A stretch of 64,000 bases of DNA from the human T2T-CHM13v2.0 reference genome, Homo sapiens: the NCBI RefSeq assembly GCF_009914755.1, contig NC_060928.1. One strand, written 5' to 3'. Within the stretch, counting starts at the first letter, position 1. Each line of letters starts with the position of its first letter. This document shows, one piece after another, positions 27,069 through 39,430 of the stretch. The notes below the pieces were generated by a model. The model was not told the origin of the DNA and did no database searches. It saw only the letters and a program-made list of their open reading frames with translations. The position numbers and the translations under genes are program-made.

Positions 27069-27095
27069 TGCACACACACACACACACACACACAC
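27069..27095. repeat. (CA)n microsatellite
   Basis: Directly visible; flanked by GTGCAC on both sides. Confidence 0.9.
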
Positions 27096-30002
27096 TCGTG
27101 TGCACTGAAAGTCCTTTACTGTGGAGCGCTGGAAGCTCTAGGATACACTGTAGTGAGCCAGAAGTTATTGACTTGCTTATGTGTAATTGGCCAACAGTAA
27201 TATTTAGTATACAAAATAGACATCGGCACAAGACCATGTAACTGACTAAAATATAATAAATTTATGTAATCACCTGGATCCTGGTTCATATAATACTAGA
27301 AACAAATAAACTCTTCCCCCACCGCCCATGCGTTTACTTAATTTATTGATTGGATTACTCAGAAAATTCAGTAAGAGTTGTTACACCCATTGCAAGTATA
27401 TATTTAATTAAAACTAAATGGAAGAGACTGACCTCAACAGTCATAGAAGATTTTCATTGTAATGTAATGAGCTTTTTAACATTCTTATACTAATTTACAT
27501 CTTTAATTTATGTTAGTAAAATTCTGACATTATTACAGGCATTACTCCTGGAACATGTTTCCTAGTAAGTATAAATATCACACTGGGAATTTTTCAGGAA
27601 CCAGGCCTTGGTCAACATTTCCATGCTACCACATGTAGGGTGTTATAAGAGCTAACAGATGTTTAAAAATAATCCTTAGTAATAACATTTAAAATGGATC
27701 TTGATTCACATTTTGATTATCATACTAGATTTGTGGGGATTTTGCCATTATTTTCACCAATGTTAATTGTTCCATATTTGCACTTTAAGTCTTACTTTCA
27801 CTGAGGTAATGAAGATCTGAGAAGCATACTCCGAGCTTGGTTTAATCACAGTAGAACTGCAGGAATCTCAAGGCTGTCTGTTCCTATTGTAACATCTTGA
27901 ATTTCCCCTCAATTTCCTTCTCTAAGACTGTGCTCTAAGACAAATGCTTATTTTTTCTTAAGTATAATAAATTAATACTTTTCATTTAAAAAGTATTTTC
28001 ACTTATTGCTTATTCACTAAGAGTGAAATCAGAAATCATGCAGATTAAATATCTCCTGGATACAGCTGAGAAATATTTACAGATATTTAGGGAAAAATGG
28101 GTCAATCAAGCATTATATTTTTCACGTGATGGATGAAAAGAAAATACATTCATTTTCTCTTGAAACAGAACATATTAAACAATAGCTGTATGTATAAAAT
28201 GAAACCCCCTGTGTGAATATTTTCTCTTGTACCAAAGAAATAATTAAAGATGTCTTTTTAATTAAAATTAAATAAATCCAAATGCTCCGAAGCAAAAATA
28301 TTTATATTTAATTATTCTAACTCATTCACAGTATGTTGCAAGGTCCAGGCATCTCAAACTTTTTTATTGTACTGAATCTTGTAACATAGCTGCAAGTTTC
28401 TTCTAATGTTTAAGTAGATCAAATAAGGTAACATTGTCCAAATGATCTAGTTTAGTGAATGCGATCCAAACACATCAACCTGTTTTGTATTATTAATATA
28501 ATCTGCCTTCCTATCTTCATTAAGAAGAAAAAAATTTCCCAATGTAATATTTTGCCCAATAGCTTAGTTCAAAACGTTTTAACTATGCAAATGGAAAAAT
28601 TGGAAACTCAAGTACTGGTGATTCTTCTTACATTAACTTTCAAGTAGCCAATGTACTTACTATATTTAGTAAAATCAAGGTTTAATTGTTTACATTTGCC
28701 CAATTAAAATAACCTTTATACAAAGATATACTGTCAATGGTAGGTGCATTAATTACAAATGCTGAGCATCACAAAACAGCATGATCTTTCATTTAAAAAT
28801 CACAGCTCTTTGCCCAGTTAAGCAGCAGGGAAATTTTATGGTTCAGGGACTTAAGCAGTGAAGCAGAAGCTCCAAGGTTTTAAAAACAAAAAAAAATCTC
28901 ATCTTATCTGAAGAATGATCTTAGATAAGTCATCTAATACTAGTTAATTCCTCAAGTTTTATTACTGGAACATATTAGAAAATGGGAAAACTTGTTTAGC
29001 TGTAGATTGTGCAGAAGAATCAGATGTTAAATCTAGCCATTACTATTCAAAATGAATTCTGAGACTACATGCAAAATGAAACAACCATGTTATCTTCATC
29101 AGTACTAGAAAAAAATCACTATTTTGTCTTTAAAGAACAACAGTACCTTTTTCATTGAAATAATTTTAGCTACAAATTATTATTTTACTCATCTACATTG
29201 GCCTAATTTTATTGATTCAAAACATTTTAAATAGTTACAGATAATATCTCTAATAATTAAAATATGCCATGAATTAGAGGAAAAGTATACAAACAGTATG
29301 ATGAAATGAGGAAAGTACAGTATTTGTAGAGGTAAGATCTTGCTTCAAACCCAGCCCTACTACTGGTTTGATAATTGAACATGGGCAGCTGATTAAACAT
29401 CTTGATTTTGTTTTTACAGGGATGATTTGCAAAATAATCTGACTCTCTTACATCTCATGACTGAAAGAGTTCAATGAGAAAATATTCATAAATGGCAAAC
29501 CACGTTTGAAACTTATATTGCCATCATTATCACCCTCTATCATTACCTATAAATAATAATTAAAGGAAACACGGGTCCAGTTATGCCTAAACCAAAGATC
29601 AATCTAACTCTGGAAATTGCTTTTGTTACAGCCAATTACGAAATGTGCATAAGTGATTGTCTCACCCATGCTGGACAGAGGTGGTTTGAGAAGTGAGTAT
29701 GTAAGGAGGGGAATAGGACAGAGATAGAAAGGTTATTAATATTTTAAAATCTGTGATTAACATAGCATAGAAAAAGGACCTGTCCTTAGCTGTTGGTGGC
29801 TCAAAGCATCCATGTGTTTGTGTGTGATTCTCTCTGAAAAGATGTCATTTCATTTTAGAAACATTAGAATCATTAGTGCAGTGTGGATCTCAAAGTGTTC
29901 AGAGCACCCTTTTGGTTTTTGTAATGGTTTCTATACAAGACACCTCTTGTTACCAGAACAAATTTGCCATAGACATAGGAATAATACCAGGAAAAAAGTT
30001 TA

Positions 30003-30136
30003 TTTTTTTAGTCAAATGGATTCTTAAGAGAAAATTTACCAACATGTAAATAAGTGTTTTCTGAATATTTGGTTTTTTGAGTCAAATTGATTCTTAAGAG
30101 AACATTTACCAACATGTGAATAAACATTTTCTAAAT
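30003..30136. repeat. 70-bp tandem duplication, diverged
   Basis: agtcaaat(g/t)gattcttaagagaa(a/c)atttaccaacatgt(a/g)aataa at 30010 and 30080. Confidence 0.9.
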
Positions 30137-31131
30137 TAGACTAAACTACTATGGCAAAGCAAAAATTAATACAGTTTCACCTTAATTCTATTGCATTTCA
30201 AAATAAATATTCCTAATTAGAGTGAAAGGGTGTAATTCAGTCATCCAGCACCTGCTTTCATTCCCCAGCACAATGTAGAGACCGTTGCAAGGGTTCACCC
30301 CAACATATTCAGCCAGGCATTAATTGAAATTCAATTTTTGATTTTTTTCTGTATATTTAAGTAATGCAGATTTATGGGTCTTATTTATTGATACAAATTT
30401 AAAATTCACTTCATGGATTTTTTTCCACAAAATTATATCCTAATATTTGTGTCAAATCTCCATATTCTAAACACCTCTCTGAACTTTTTTTAGCTGTTTA
30501 TAGTGTTACATTTTTTGACCATGAACACTTTCATACTTGTATTATAGATAATATATGCTAGTACATTATATATCCACCAGCAGATTTAATGTTTTTGAAA
30601 ACAAGTCACTGTATCTGTGTAGCTTCTACAACACTAGGCAACATGTCAGAGATTTTGCACATGGCAGATAGTCAATAAATGTTTTTTAAAAGAGTAAATG
30701 GATGGAAGGATAAAACCAGCCACTTAATAATTATTTTTAGATGTAAGGGCATTTCTAAAAGGATTTTAGGGACTCATCAAAATGAGCGTTGTTTGTGTGT
30801 ATGCTTTTATGCATGAAAAAATCGAACACTTGTTTTGAAAAAAAACAGAATTTCTTGCATAAATATATGTTATTTGTGAAATAAATATTAAACAACATGT
30901 TTACAGACAGGTTTAAAGTCAATTCATAGAAATAGTTAAACGTTACTATTAACAATGATACCTTTTTATGAAAGAAAATGTCCTTTATGGTAATACAAAT
31001 TAGACAAGTTGTTTTTTCCAGATCTAATATGCACCTATTTTATATTATTTTTAATTTTTGTTGTCCTTCTTATATATGAGAAAAACAAAGTTCAAACCTT
31101 CTATATAGAAGAATTCAACTATCTACATTCA

Positions 31132-31395
31132 AAAAAGAGAAATAAAAGGAAGAAAAATACTTTAAAAAGAAAGAAAGAATGAAAGATTGAAGGAAGGAAG
31201 GAAGGAAGGAGGGAAAAGAGGGAGGGAGAAGGGGGGGAAAGAAGGAAAGGAAAGGAAAGGAAAAAGGAAAATGATAGATGTAGATAGATAATGTAGATAG
31301 CTAACCAGATAGGTAGATAGATGAGTTAGAGAGAGAGACACAGAGACAGAGAGATTGAGAGAGAGAAGACAAATAGAAAGAGAAAAAAGAAAATA
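31132..31395. repeat. Compound purine-rich simple repeat (GAAA/GGAA/GATA/GA)
   Basis: Directly visible. Confidence 0.9.
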
Positions 31396-32731
31396 CATCA
31401 AGGAGGAGTAGTGGCAACATGCCCTAATTCTGACTCCCCATTAGAAAACAAGAAACTCTCCCACAAACAAAGTAATTCTCAATCTTGATTTATCTGCATT
31501 TTAGTGGAAAAAGATTTCAGTTTTACCAGTGTCTTTCACAGACTGGGTATGACCCAATTCTGCTATTCAGAAATAGTCCTCAGAATTTAATATTGCCATC
31601 TATTGCATTCATAGTCTGTATATGTAAAAACAAAGGAGAAAATAATTCTGCAAAGGAAAATGCTGTATTTAATTAATGCCCAAGGGAAGCTATGAAAAAG
31701 AAAAAAATTGTAGTTGTCACGTCCTAATTTTAACCACTGTTTACCAGATTTATTTACATGTACTGCTCTAGCCGCCCACTCAGTAGTTTGATGAGAGCAG
31801 AGCAGTTCCATGCAGAACAGATCCTTTGCTTCCAGAATTCAGAGTGAGTAATAGGATAAAAAAGACATCTGAAGAAGCTGCATCTTAATACAGCTAAATT
31901 CTATGGCTTATGGCAGACCCTTGGTTATGAACACCTGCTCATACACAAGCAGATGTAAAAGATACCATGTGCTTGCATTGCCATATCAACTATTTATATT
32001 CTTGCAAGGTAGTGGAACATTTGGTTAATATAATATAGCCTATACAGGCCTTCTCAGAATTTTTTTGTCAAATCCATCTTAATGGAACAGTTTATACATT
32101 TATTTTTCTACTCTAAGGAGACAACATTTCTAGAAAAAAATTGAAAAATCAGGTAATTTCTCTTTCAATCTTACTACATGGCTGAAAGAGGCAAGTCTTG
32201 TTTCTGACCCAGATTGAATAAATATAAACTTCTACTCACTGGAGGCAGAGATCCCTAACATTGAACCACACCAATGCATCAATATGCCCATATAAAAAAA
32301 AGAGAAAAGAATTACCATGGAAATTCCTGGGCTGGATGCCTTACGTAAATGTTATCTCATTTGATACTCACAGTAATTAAATGGGGTAAAATTTTATTCC
32401 TAATTTGTCCATGAAAATGTTTAAAGAATCAGCTTGCCAACCAGAATCCCAAATCAAGCCTCCCTACTCTAAGCCTGTGTTGCTTCTATGCATAGTGTGT
32501 CCCATAAGGTACAATGAAACTGTTAATTTATTACTGCTTATATCCCAAGTCCACCAGCCAGTCCACAATTATACAAATTGTGGTTCTATATTTTCATGAC
32601 ATACTTCTTCCTCCAGATCACTGTCTGATGCAATCCCTAACCTTTGGCTTGTACTCTGCAATGTCGCCAGCTCTTCCCAGTATTTTACCATATTGCAGAT
32701 AAGGTGTGGGTGTATGGAAAAGAAAAACAGA

Positions 32732-33106
32732 TGTACTAGATTGGACGCTGTCCCTTCAAAATTCATGATCATCCTGAAATCTCAGAAGTCTCAGAGTGTG
32801 ACATGATCCAATATAACCGTGTCCTAATCAGGAAAGCAGAAGAGGCATAGAGTCAAGCTGACTCTATGAAGAAGACAGAGGTAGAGGTTGGAATGATGCC
32901 TCTACAAGCCAAGGAATATCAAGGATTGCTGTCAACCACCAGAAGCCAGGAAGAGACAAGGAAGAATTCTCCCCCAGAGCCTGTCCCTGCCAGCACCTTT
33001 CTTTCAAACTTCTAGACTCCAAAACTGTCAGTCAATACATTTCTACTGTTTTAAGCCTTTTGCTGTTTGTGGTCATTTGTTAGGGCAATCCTAGGAAACT
33101 AATACA
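32732..33106 (+). mobile_element. MaLR solo LTR (MLT1B/C-like)
   Basis: TG…CA ends; acaagccaaggaatatcaaggattgc…accagaagccaggaagagacaagg…ctaggaaactaataca. Confidence 0.85.
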
Positions 33107-33224
33107 CTGGGTAACTGGTTTTACAGACTCAGATACTTACTCCAAATGTTTTTGTTTAATCTACCCTGTTCTCTCTTTATGCTTATCCAAGAATAACAAT
33201 TTTTCTGCTATTTCATGGAGTCCT

Positions 33225-33628
33225 TGCTATGGTTTGAATATGCCCCCTCCAAAATTCATATTGGAGCCTAATCTCTATTGTGGTGGTATTAAGTGGTGGG
33301 GCCTTTTGACGAGTGATTAAGTCCTGAGGGCTCTACCCTTATAAATGGATTAGCACACACAAAGGGGCTGGAGTAAACTACCTTTGGCCCTTTCTGCTCT
33401 TTCTTTTACCATGTCATGACACAGCATTTATCCCCTTTTACCCGTTCTGCCTCTTCCATAATGTAGGGGCGAGACAGTTCCTTCTATGAGGAACAGGCCT
33501 TCCCCACTTCCTGCCACTTCCTTCATCTAGAACTCCCAAGCCTCCAGACTGTGAAAAATAAATTTCTGTTCTTTATAAATTACCGGGTCTGGAGTATTTT
33601 CCTATAGTAGCACAAGCAGACTAAGACA
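33225..33628 (+). mobile_element. MST-family MaLR solo LTR
   Basis: tgctatggtttgaatatg…aataaatttctgttctttataaattacc…agactaagaca; near-TSD GTCCT/GTCTT. Confidence 0.85.
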
Positions 33629-34367
33629 GTCTTTCTCTGTTCTATTCCAAGTTCAAATACTTTCTCCTGGATGCTTGAATTTCAAGCACCTTTCATCTTG
33701 TCTGCTGTTTGCCTTGTTTTCCCTCAAACCTCTTGAAGACATTGATCCATAGATTTTTTAAATAAAATTTCAAATAATTTTCCATAGTCAGAAGAGTTGG
33801 AAGAGAGGTGATGAGCTAAAGATTCCTTTGAAAGTGTGAACTCACTCTTTCACTATTCCAGTAGAAAGAGGGATGTGGCTTCAGCCCTGCCTGGCATATC
33901 TCTCACCAAGAGCCATCAAATGAGGGATTTAAACTGGATGATCTCTCAGGGCTAATCATTCTGATCTTAATTCTTCTTTCAGGACAGGCCACACTTGGCA
34001 TAGAGAGGGCCTTCCTTCATGAAATTTTATACCACAATGGCTGAAATATTCATAATTTGCAATACCAGACCTAATAGTAGGTGTTAAAACTGGACAATAA
34101 AACAAAGAGTTGGCAGTCAATTATTTAGGTATTGAACACCCTGCCCTTTTTGCCCTTTCCATGAAAACAAACAAGGAAAAGATGAACAAGAGCCACCTGC
34201 TGTCTTCTGAAGCTTCTTGTCAGGTCGGCTGGCATCATGGGACTTCGCCAGCATGTTTTGCAGCAGCACAAGGACCCTGCTGAGGTGCCGTCTGCACTCT
34301 GAGACCTGGAATCTTGACTGGAATTACCTGCCAATGCCAAAGTCAGAGACAGTACAAGTCTCACGGT

Positions 34368-34499
34368 TATAGTGACAATATTTTTTACACAAAAATCAGG
34401 ACACAGTGTCTGACAGGTGCAGCTATACATATGGGAACAATGAAACAGGGCATCTAAATTCAGAACTGTCCTAAAAAATCTGACATATACCTCAGCCTA
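34368..34499. mobile_element. hAT-type MITE (MER94-like)
   Basis: Degenerate terminal inverted repeats tatagtgacaatat…catatacctcagccta with internal caggacac/actgtcct. Confidence 0.5.
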
Positions 34500-34839
34500 A
34501 AGTTATCTGATCTGCTGGCTGCCATAACAATTATGAGGGAAAAATAAAATTGGAGTTCTTTAGTCTAAGAACCAAAAAACCAATTGGTGATTAAAACAAC
34601 TTTACATTAACTATTTTAACATTGATCCCAGAATGCTGAAAAACTTTCATAAGATATTATCATATAATATATATTCTATAATTGTATTTTATATAGATCT
34701 TTAATTAGACTATAAAAATAATATTTTTTAAATGAAAGTTAAAACAATGTTGAAGAGCTGTATATATGCTCATATCAGTAACTTTTTCATATGCTGTTAG
34801 TATTCAAGTCAGACTCATGAAGGTGATAATACTAATGAT

Positions 34840-35085
34840 GCTGGTCGCTATTAACAATTGAGTGCATTCTATGTGCCAGGCATTGTTAGGCAAGGTAATA
34901 TACACATGAAGCCTTCTACATGCATTGTCTCATCTAATTCTCACAACAATACGTAATGTATGCTTTTACTCCACTTTACAAATGAGAACATCTAAGCCCA
35001 AAGTCACATAGCTAGAAAAACTGCAGAGCAGGACTTAAACCCAGTTCTATCTAAATACAAAGAATGTGCCCTTTAACACAGTGGT
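34840..35085 (-). mobile_element. MIR
   Basis: ttgagtgcattctatgtgccaggcattg…ctcatctaattctcacaac…ctttacaaatgagaac…cccaaagtcacatagctag. Confidence 0.8.
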
Positions 35086-36197
35086 AAATAAGAAATAAAG
35101 TTCACTAGAATATCACTTAAATGAAACTGTTGGCCTTTCTCTCCTGGACAGATAATGTAAACACAGCAGTCATGACCAATTTCACTCCCACCTTAAGAAG
35201 AACCATCAGAAAGTAGGTAAGTGATAAAGGGAATAACCAAGTCAACTCTGAATCTGCTGTAGTTAATGAGGGAATAAATGATTTATCTAACTCATTGGTT
35301 AAAAGATTATCTGAAACAAAAGGATAAAAGCATTACTATGAAACTTAAAACATATGTAAAATAGTTGGACATTATTTTTTATGAAAGACAAAGAATAAAA
35401 CAGATATGGATCATGAACATTTTCATTTTTAGTGATAAGGATTGTATTTAAATGTAGTAAAATATACATAAAATGGAAACATTTTACAATTTAGAGATAT
35501 ACTATGGATTGGCACATGTATGTACATTGGGGGTTTTTATTTTACCAACAAGAAACTGTGACTATGAAAAGGGATTAATCAATTTTGTTTTTGTTTTTGT
35601 GATAATCTATTCTACTTTATTTATCATACTCTAAAATATATGTAATTATATTAGTAACCATATATGTTGCTTTTTGACAAAGGACAATTTGACTGATTAA
35701 AAACCAGGCTGCTGCACTTAAATATGTAGCAGTTACCATGGAAACAATTTTACTTTGACTCAGAGCATATCTTGTTTTAAAGAGAGCAGCCTGTTGTTAT
35801 GGCAATGGGAACTTCAGCATTTTTCCGAAAAGAAGACTAACGCAGGATAGATAATAGTGTTGCCAGTTATGAAGCATATATAAATACAATTGTGCCCACC
35901 TTTGATAGCTTAGAGAAATCATAGCTGGTAAAGACAATAGGTACCACTCTAGACTTGTTAGGAAAAGCCCATGCCCTATGTCCCTTCCTTGTTTTATTTT
36001 TAACGATAATGAATAATAATAATGTAGACTTATGCTTAAAATTTTACGCACTGAAGGCATGAATTCAAAATGCTATTCCTATAGCAACCATATATGATGT
36101 TTTATTAAAAGTTAACATGAAGTACATTTGAGATACTCAAAGAATCATTTATCACTTATTTCATGAGATGATGGTGATGATGATGATGATGATGACC

Positions 36198-36445
36198 ATA
36201 GTAAAAATTTACAGAATGCTTATATATGTCAAGCACTGTTCTAAGACATTTTGTTATATTACCACATTAAGATTCTCATACTACTTCTAAGAAGAGGGCA
36301 TTATTAATATCTTAATTTTACAGAAAAGAAAACTGAAGCACAGAGAGGTTAATTTATTCACCCAAAGCCACACAGCAAAGAAGGGCCAGAGCCAGGAACC
36401 AAATCTGAGAAATCTATGCTCCTATTCCCTAATTCCTGCATTTTC
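36198..36445 (-). mobile_element. MIR
   Basis: ttttacagaaaagaaaactgaagcacagagaggttaatttattcacccaaagccacacagc. Confidence 0.8.
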
Positions 36446-38769
36446 AATTGCTTAATATTTTTAGGTTTATCTTATATTAATATTGAACCTCAATCATAAC
36501 TTAAAATACTAAATTATACTCAGTCTCTAAGTTTTACAAAAACTAAATATAAATTTCATGCAGGAACTGACAACATACACCTTAATTTAACCGAACCAAA
36601 TAAAAATAAAGTGACTTTTCTCAAGAATAACCCTATAATGTTAGTATATTTAATTTGGTGTTCATTAATATTTACATAATTTGGGGTCATTTCTGTAAAT
36701 ATTAAAGCTGGATTTGGAGTGAAGAGAGTAAGATTCCTTGAGGGATTAATTGAATATATTTGTAAGTCTGAAATATATATGCAAGTACAAAATTGCAACT
36801 AAAGGATTTACTGCAATTGGACTCTAATTAGAATTGCAAAATATTTTATTTCAGGGGCTTATGCCTTTTCTCATCAGAAATTTTCAGCCTTTTAAACCCA
36901 AACTATTAGTCTTAGTTGTTTATATGTTGCAGATGAATCATGAATTCATCTCATTTTGGTCTGCAAGGTATTGATTACATAAGTATTTCAACAACACAAA
37001 ATGTTCATTCCATTTTGTGTTATTGAAAAAACTTATGTTGTTGAAAGAGAAATTATTTCTTCTACTACTTTGTTTCCATGTAGGCAGGTGAATTTTTGAT
37101 AAATAAGTAGTTTCTAAAAAAGACAGTGGTTGACCTGACAAAGGTTATGAATACACAGAAAACTGCAATAAATAGTCTAAATGCAGTCATATTAAAAATA
37201 CTCCCTTTTAAATCAGAAATAGAACGAGAATGGTACTACTGTCACTCCTGCAACATTGCACTAGAGACCCTAGGCAGTGAGCTAAGACAAGCAAGAGAGT
37301 GGTTAACAGAGAGTTAGCAATTGTTCTTTTTACATAAACATTCAAAACACTTAATAGTTCATATTAAGATGTTCTTAAATAAAGAGCACTGCAAACAGTA
37401 ATTTGGTTACATAGCCACGTAGTTTACTAAAAAGGCATTGCTTTCCCTCCTAGCTTTTCCCATGCCAGTGCCTTGGCTAACTCACCAGTGCTCATGTCAC
37501 AAGCAGGTGTGCACACTTCTGCCTCGATCAGGGCCAGAATTTTCCACCCTCATCCTGCAACTGAACTTGCACCTCAATATGAATGTTCACACAATTCTTG
37601 TTCTCTATTTTTACTCTATTTTTTAGACTCACATTCACATATGACCAGATCTGATTCACTGATACAATATATGCAGCTTTAACCCGGGTGCTTCAAATTA
37701 CGAGAGGGAAACCGGAGTTTACTTCTAAGCATGTCTCATGTTCATGGAGACTTTATCATAATTAGGGAGTTGGTAACAAGAACCTGGACCTCAGGGACAC
37801 GGCAAAACTGGAGACATAAATAGATAGGAATTATTCACAAATTTATACATGGGCATGTGTGTTAACACTATAGTGAGTATGTATAAGGTTGCAATGTCTA
37901 ATGTAACTCTAGTGATGACTGCCATTTACTGATCATCTATTAGCACATATATTCCTACATCTGGAAACCAGTTTTCCAGGTAGAGACTATCCCCATCGAA
38001 TAAATAATAACTGAGGTCAAGGGAGAAAAGATAACCTGCCCAAAGCAACACAATTTGTCAATTAGTAATGGAACTGAGATATGAATATAGGTCTCATCAA
38101 AAAACCCTATTAATTACCCTACAGTAAAACTCTTCTCAAAAAAGCCTTAAGACATTTTTAAAGGAGAATTCTTATATTGTGGAAAAATTGTCTTGCCTAA
38201 TCAAATTGATTGTTACTTTAGAAACGATGCGTTTTTTAAATTTTCCCACAAGACAATCATAACATTCCATAGTAACTTTATAATTTTCAATAGATCCTAA
38301 GACTTACTGCTCCTTGCTTCATAATCTTATCTCTTAAATTGCATTCCTTTGTGCACATCAAATCTTCCCATGCTTTTTTCAAGGCTATTTCTGATGGAAT
38401 CAATGGTTTTATTGTAATCTTGAATATATTTATCTCTGTTTCTGTCCTTTCTTTTTTTGCTCATATTTCTCTCTCCCTTTCTCTCTCTCTGTCTGACTGT
38501 GTGTGTGTGTTTACTCCACCATCAGTGTGAGCAATGATAATAGATAAAATATACTATATATTAGGCACATGTAGTCTCTGCCTTCTAATAAATAATATTT
38601 TCCCTCTCCTCTTTACTTCGTTTAAAAGGTATGATCACCATTGTTACTAGATAAGGAGATTGATCAATTTTTGAATCAAACATATTTGTCCTACAACAAC
38701 CCTTTCTGTATATTCTATCTGATGAAAACATTATATGCAACCATCTCAGAGTATATTTTTTGCAATCAT

Positions 38770-39230
38770 TCCTTTGATCATTTTACAAACATTTGTTTGA
38801 GCTTATTATGAGAAAGGCACTGAGCTGGACTTTGGGTATGGAAGACAATGACACAAGTCTATGCTCTTAAGAAGCTCATATCTTAAGGAGGCAAAGAGAT
38901 AAATAATGAGTACTTATAATGGAGTATATATCACTTGCCATTATAAAGATATTCAGAGAATTCTAAGGGAGCACAAATACAAATCAGTTTTCTCAGTTGA
39001 GAAATAAGTAAATCTGTAGATGAAGCTTAGGCTGAGTCTTTTTAAAAAGGTAAAGACTCCACAAGGTACAGAAGAAGATGGGGACTTTTCATGGAAAGGG
39101 AACTATTTGCACAAAGACACAAAGTCATGACACAGCATGGGACATTCAGAAGACCAGTCACTACCCAGAGTGGCTGTGAGATTGTGGTAAATGACAATAA
39201 AGAAAAGATTTATGGACTGGTTTAGAAAGC
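38770..39230 (-). mobile_element. L2 3' remnant
   Basis: aaacatttgtttgagcttattatgagaaaggcactgagctgg…tgctcttaagaagctcatatct. Confidence 0.6.
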
Positions 39231-39375
39231 AAATTATTTACCTGTTGAGTAATGAAACAATGGCAAAATTGATGAAGGAGGAATGTGTGATTTTAGACCA
39301 ACATCTCTTTTTAGAAACTTCTTTTGAAGGGAATGAAAAACAAAATGGTTAGATAGATAGGCATGTTGGATCAGT

Positions 39376-39376
<1 letters not shown>

Positions 39377-39415
<39 letters not shown>

Positions 39416-39430
39416 AGAGAGAGGGAGAGA
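39377..39430. repeat. (TG)n followed by (GA)n microsatellite
   Basis: Directly visible. Confidence 0.9.

Noticed and set aside
25300-29250. Repeat-poor AT-rich stretch that might hold conserved non-coding elements
   Set aside because: No feature supportable from sequence alone; requires conservation or chromatin data.
31132-31395. Polypurine/GGAA tract as triplex-forming or ETS-fusion response element
   Set aside because: Only a few consecutive GGAA units and an interrupted tract; common in primate DNA.
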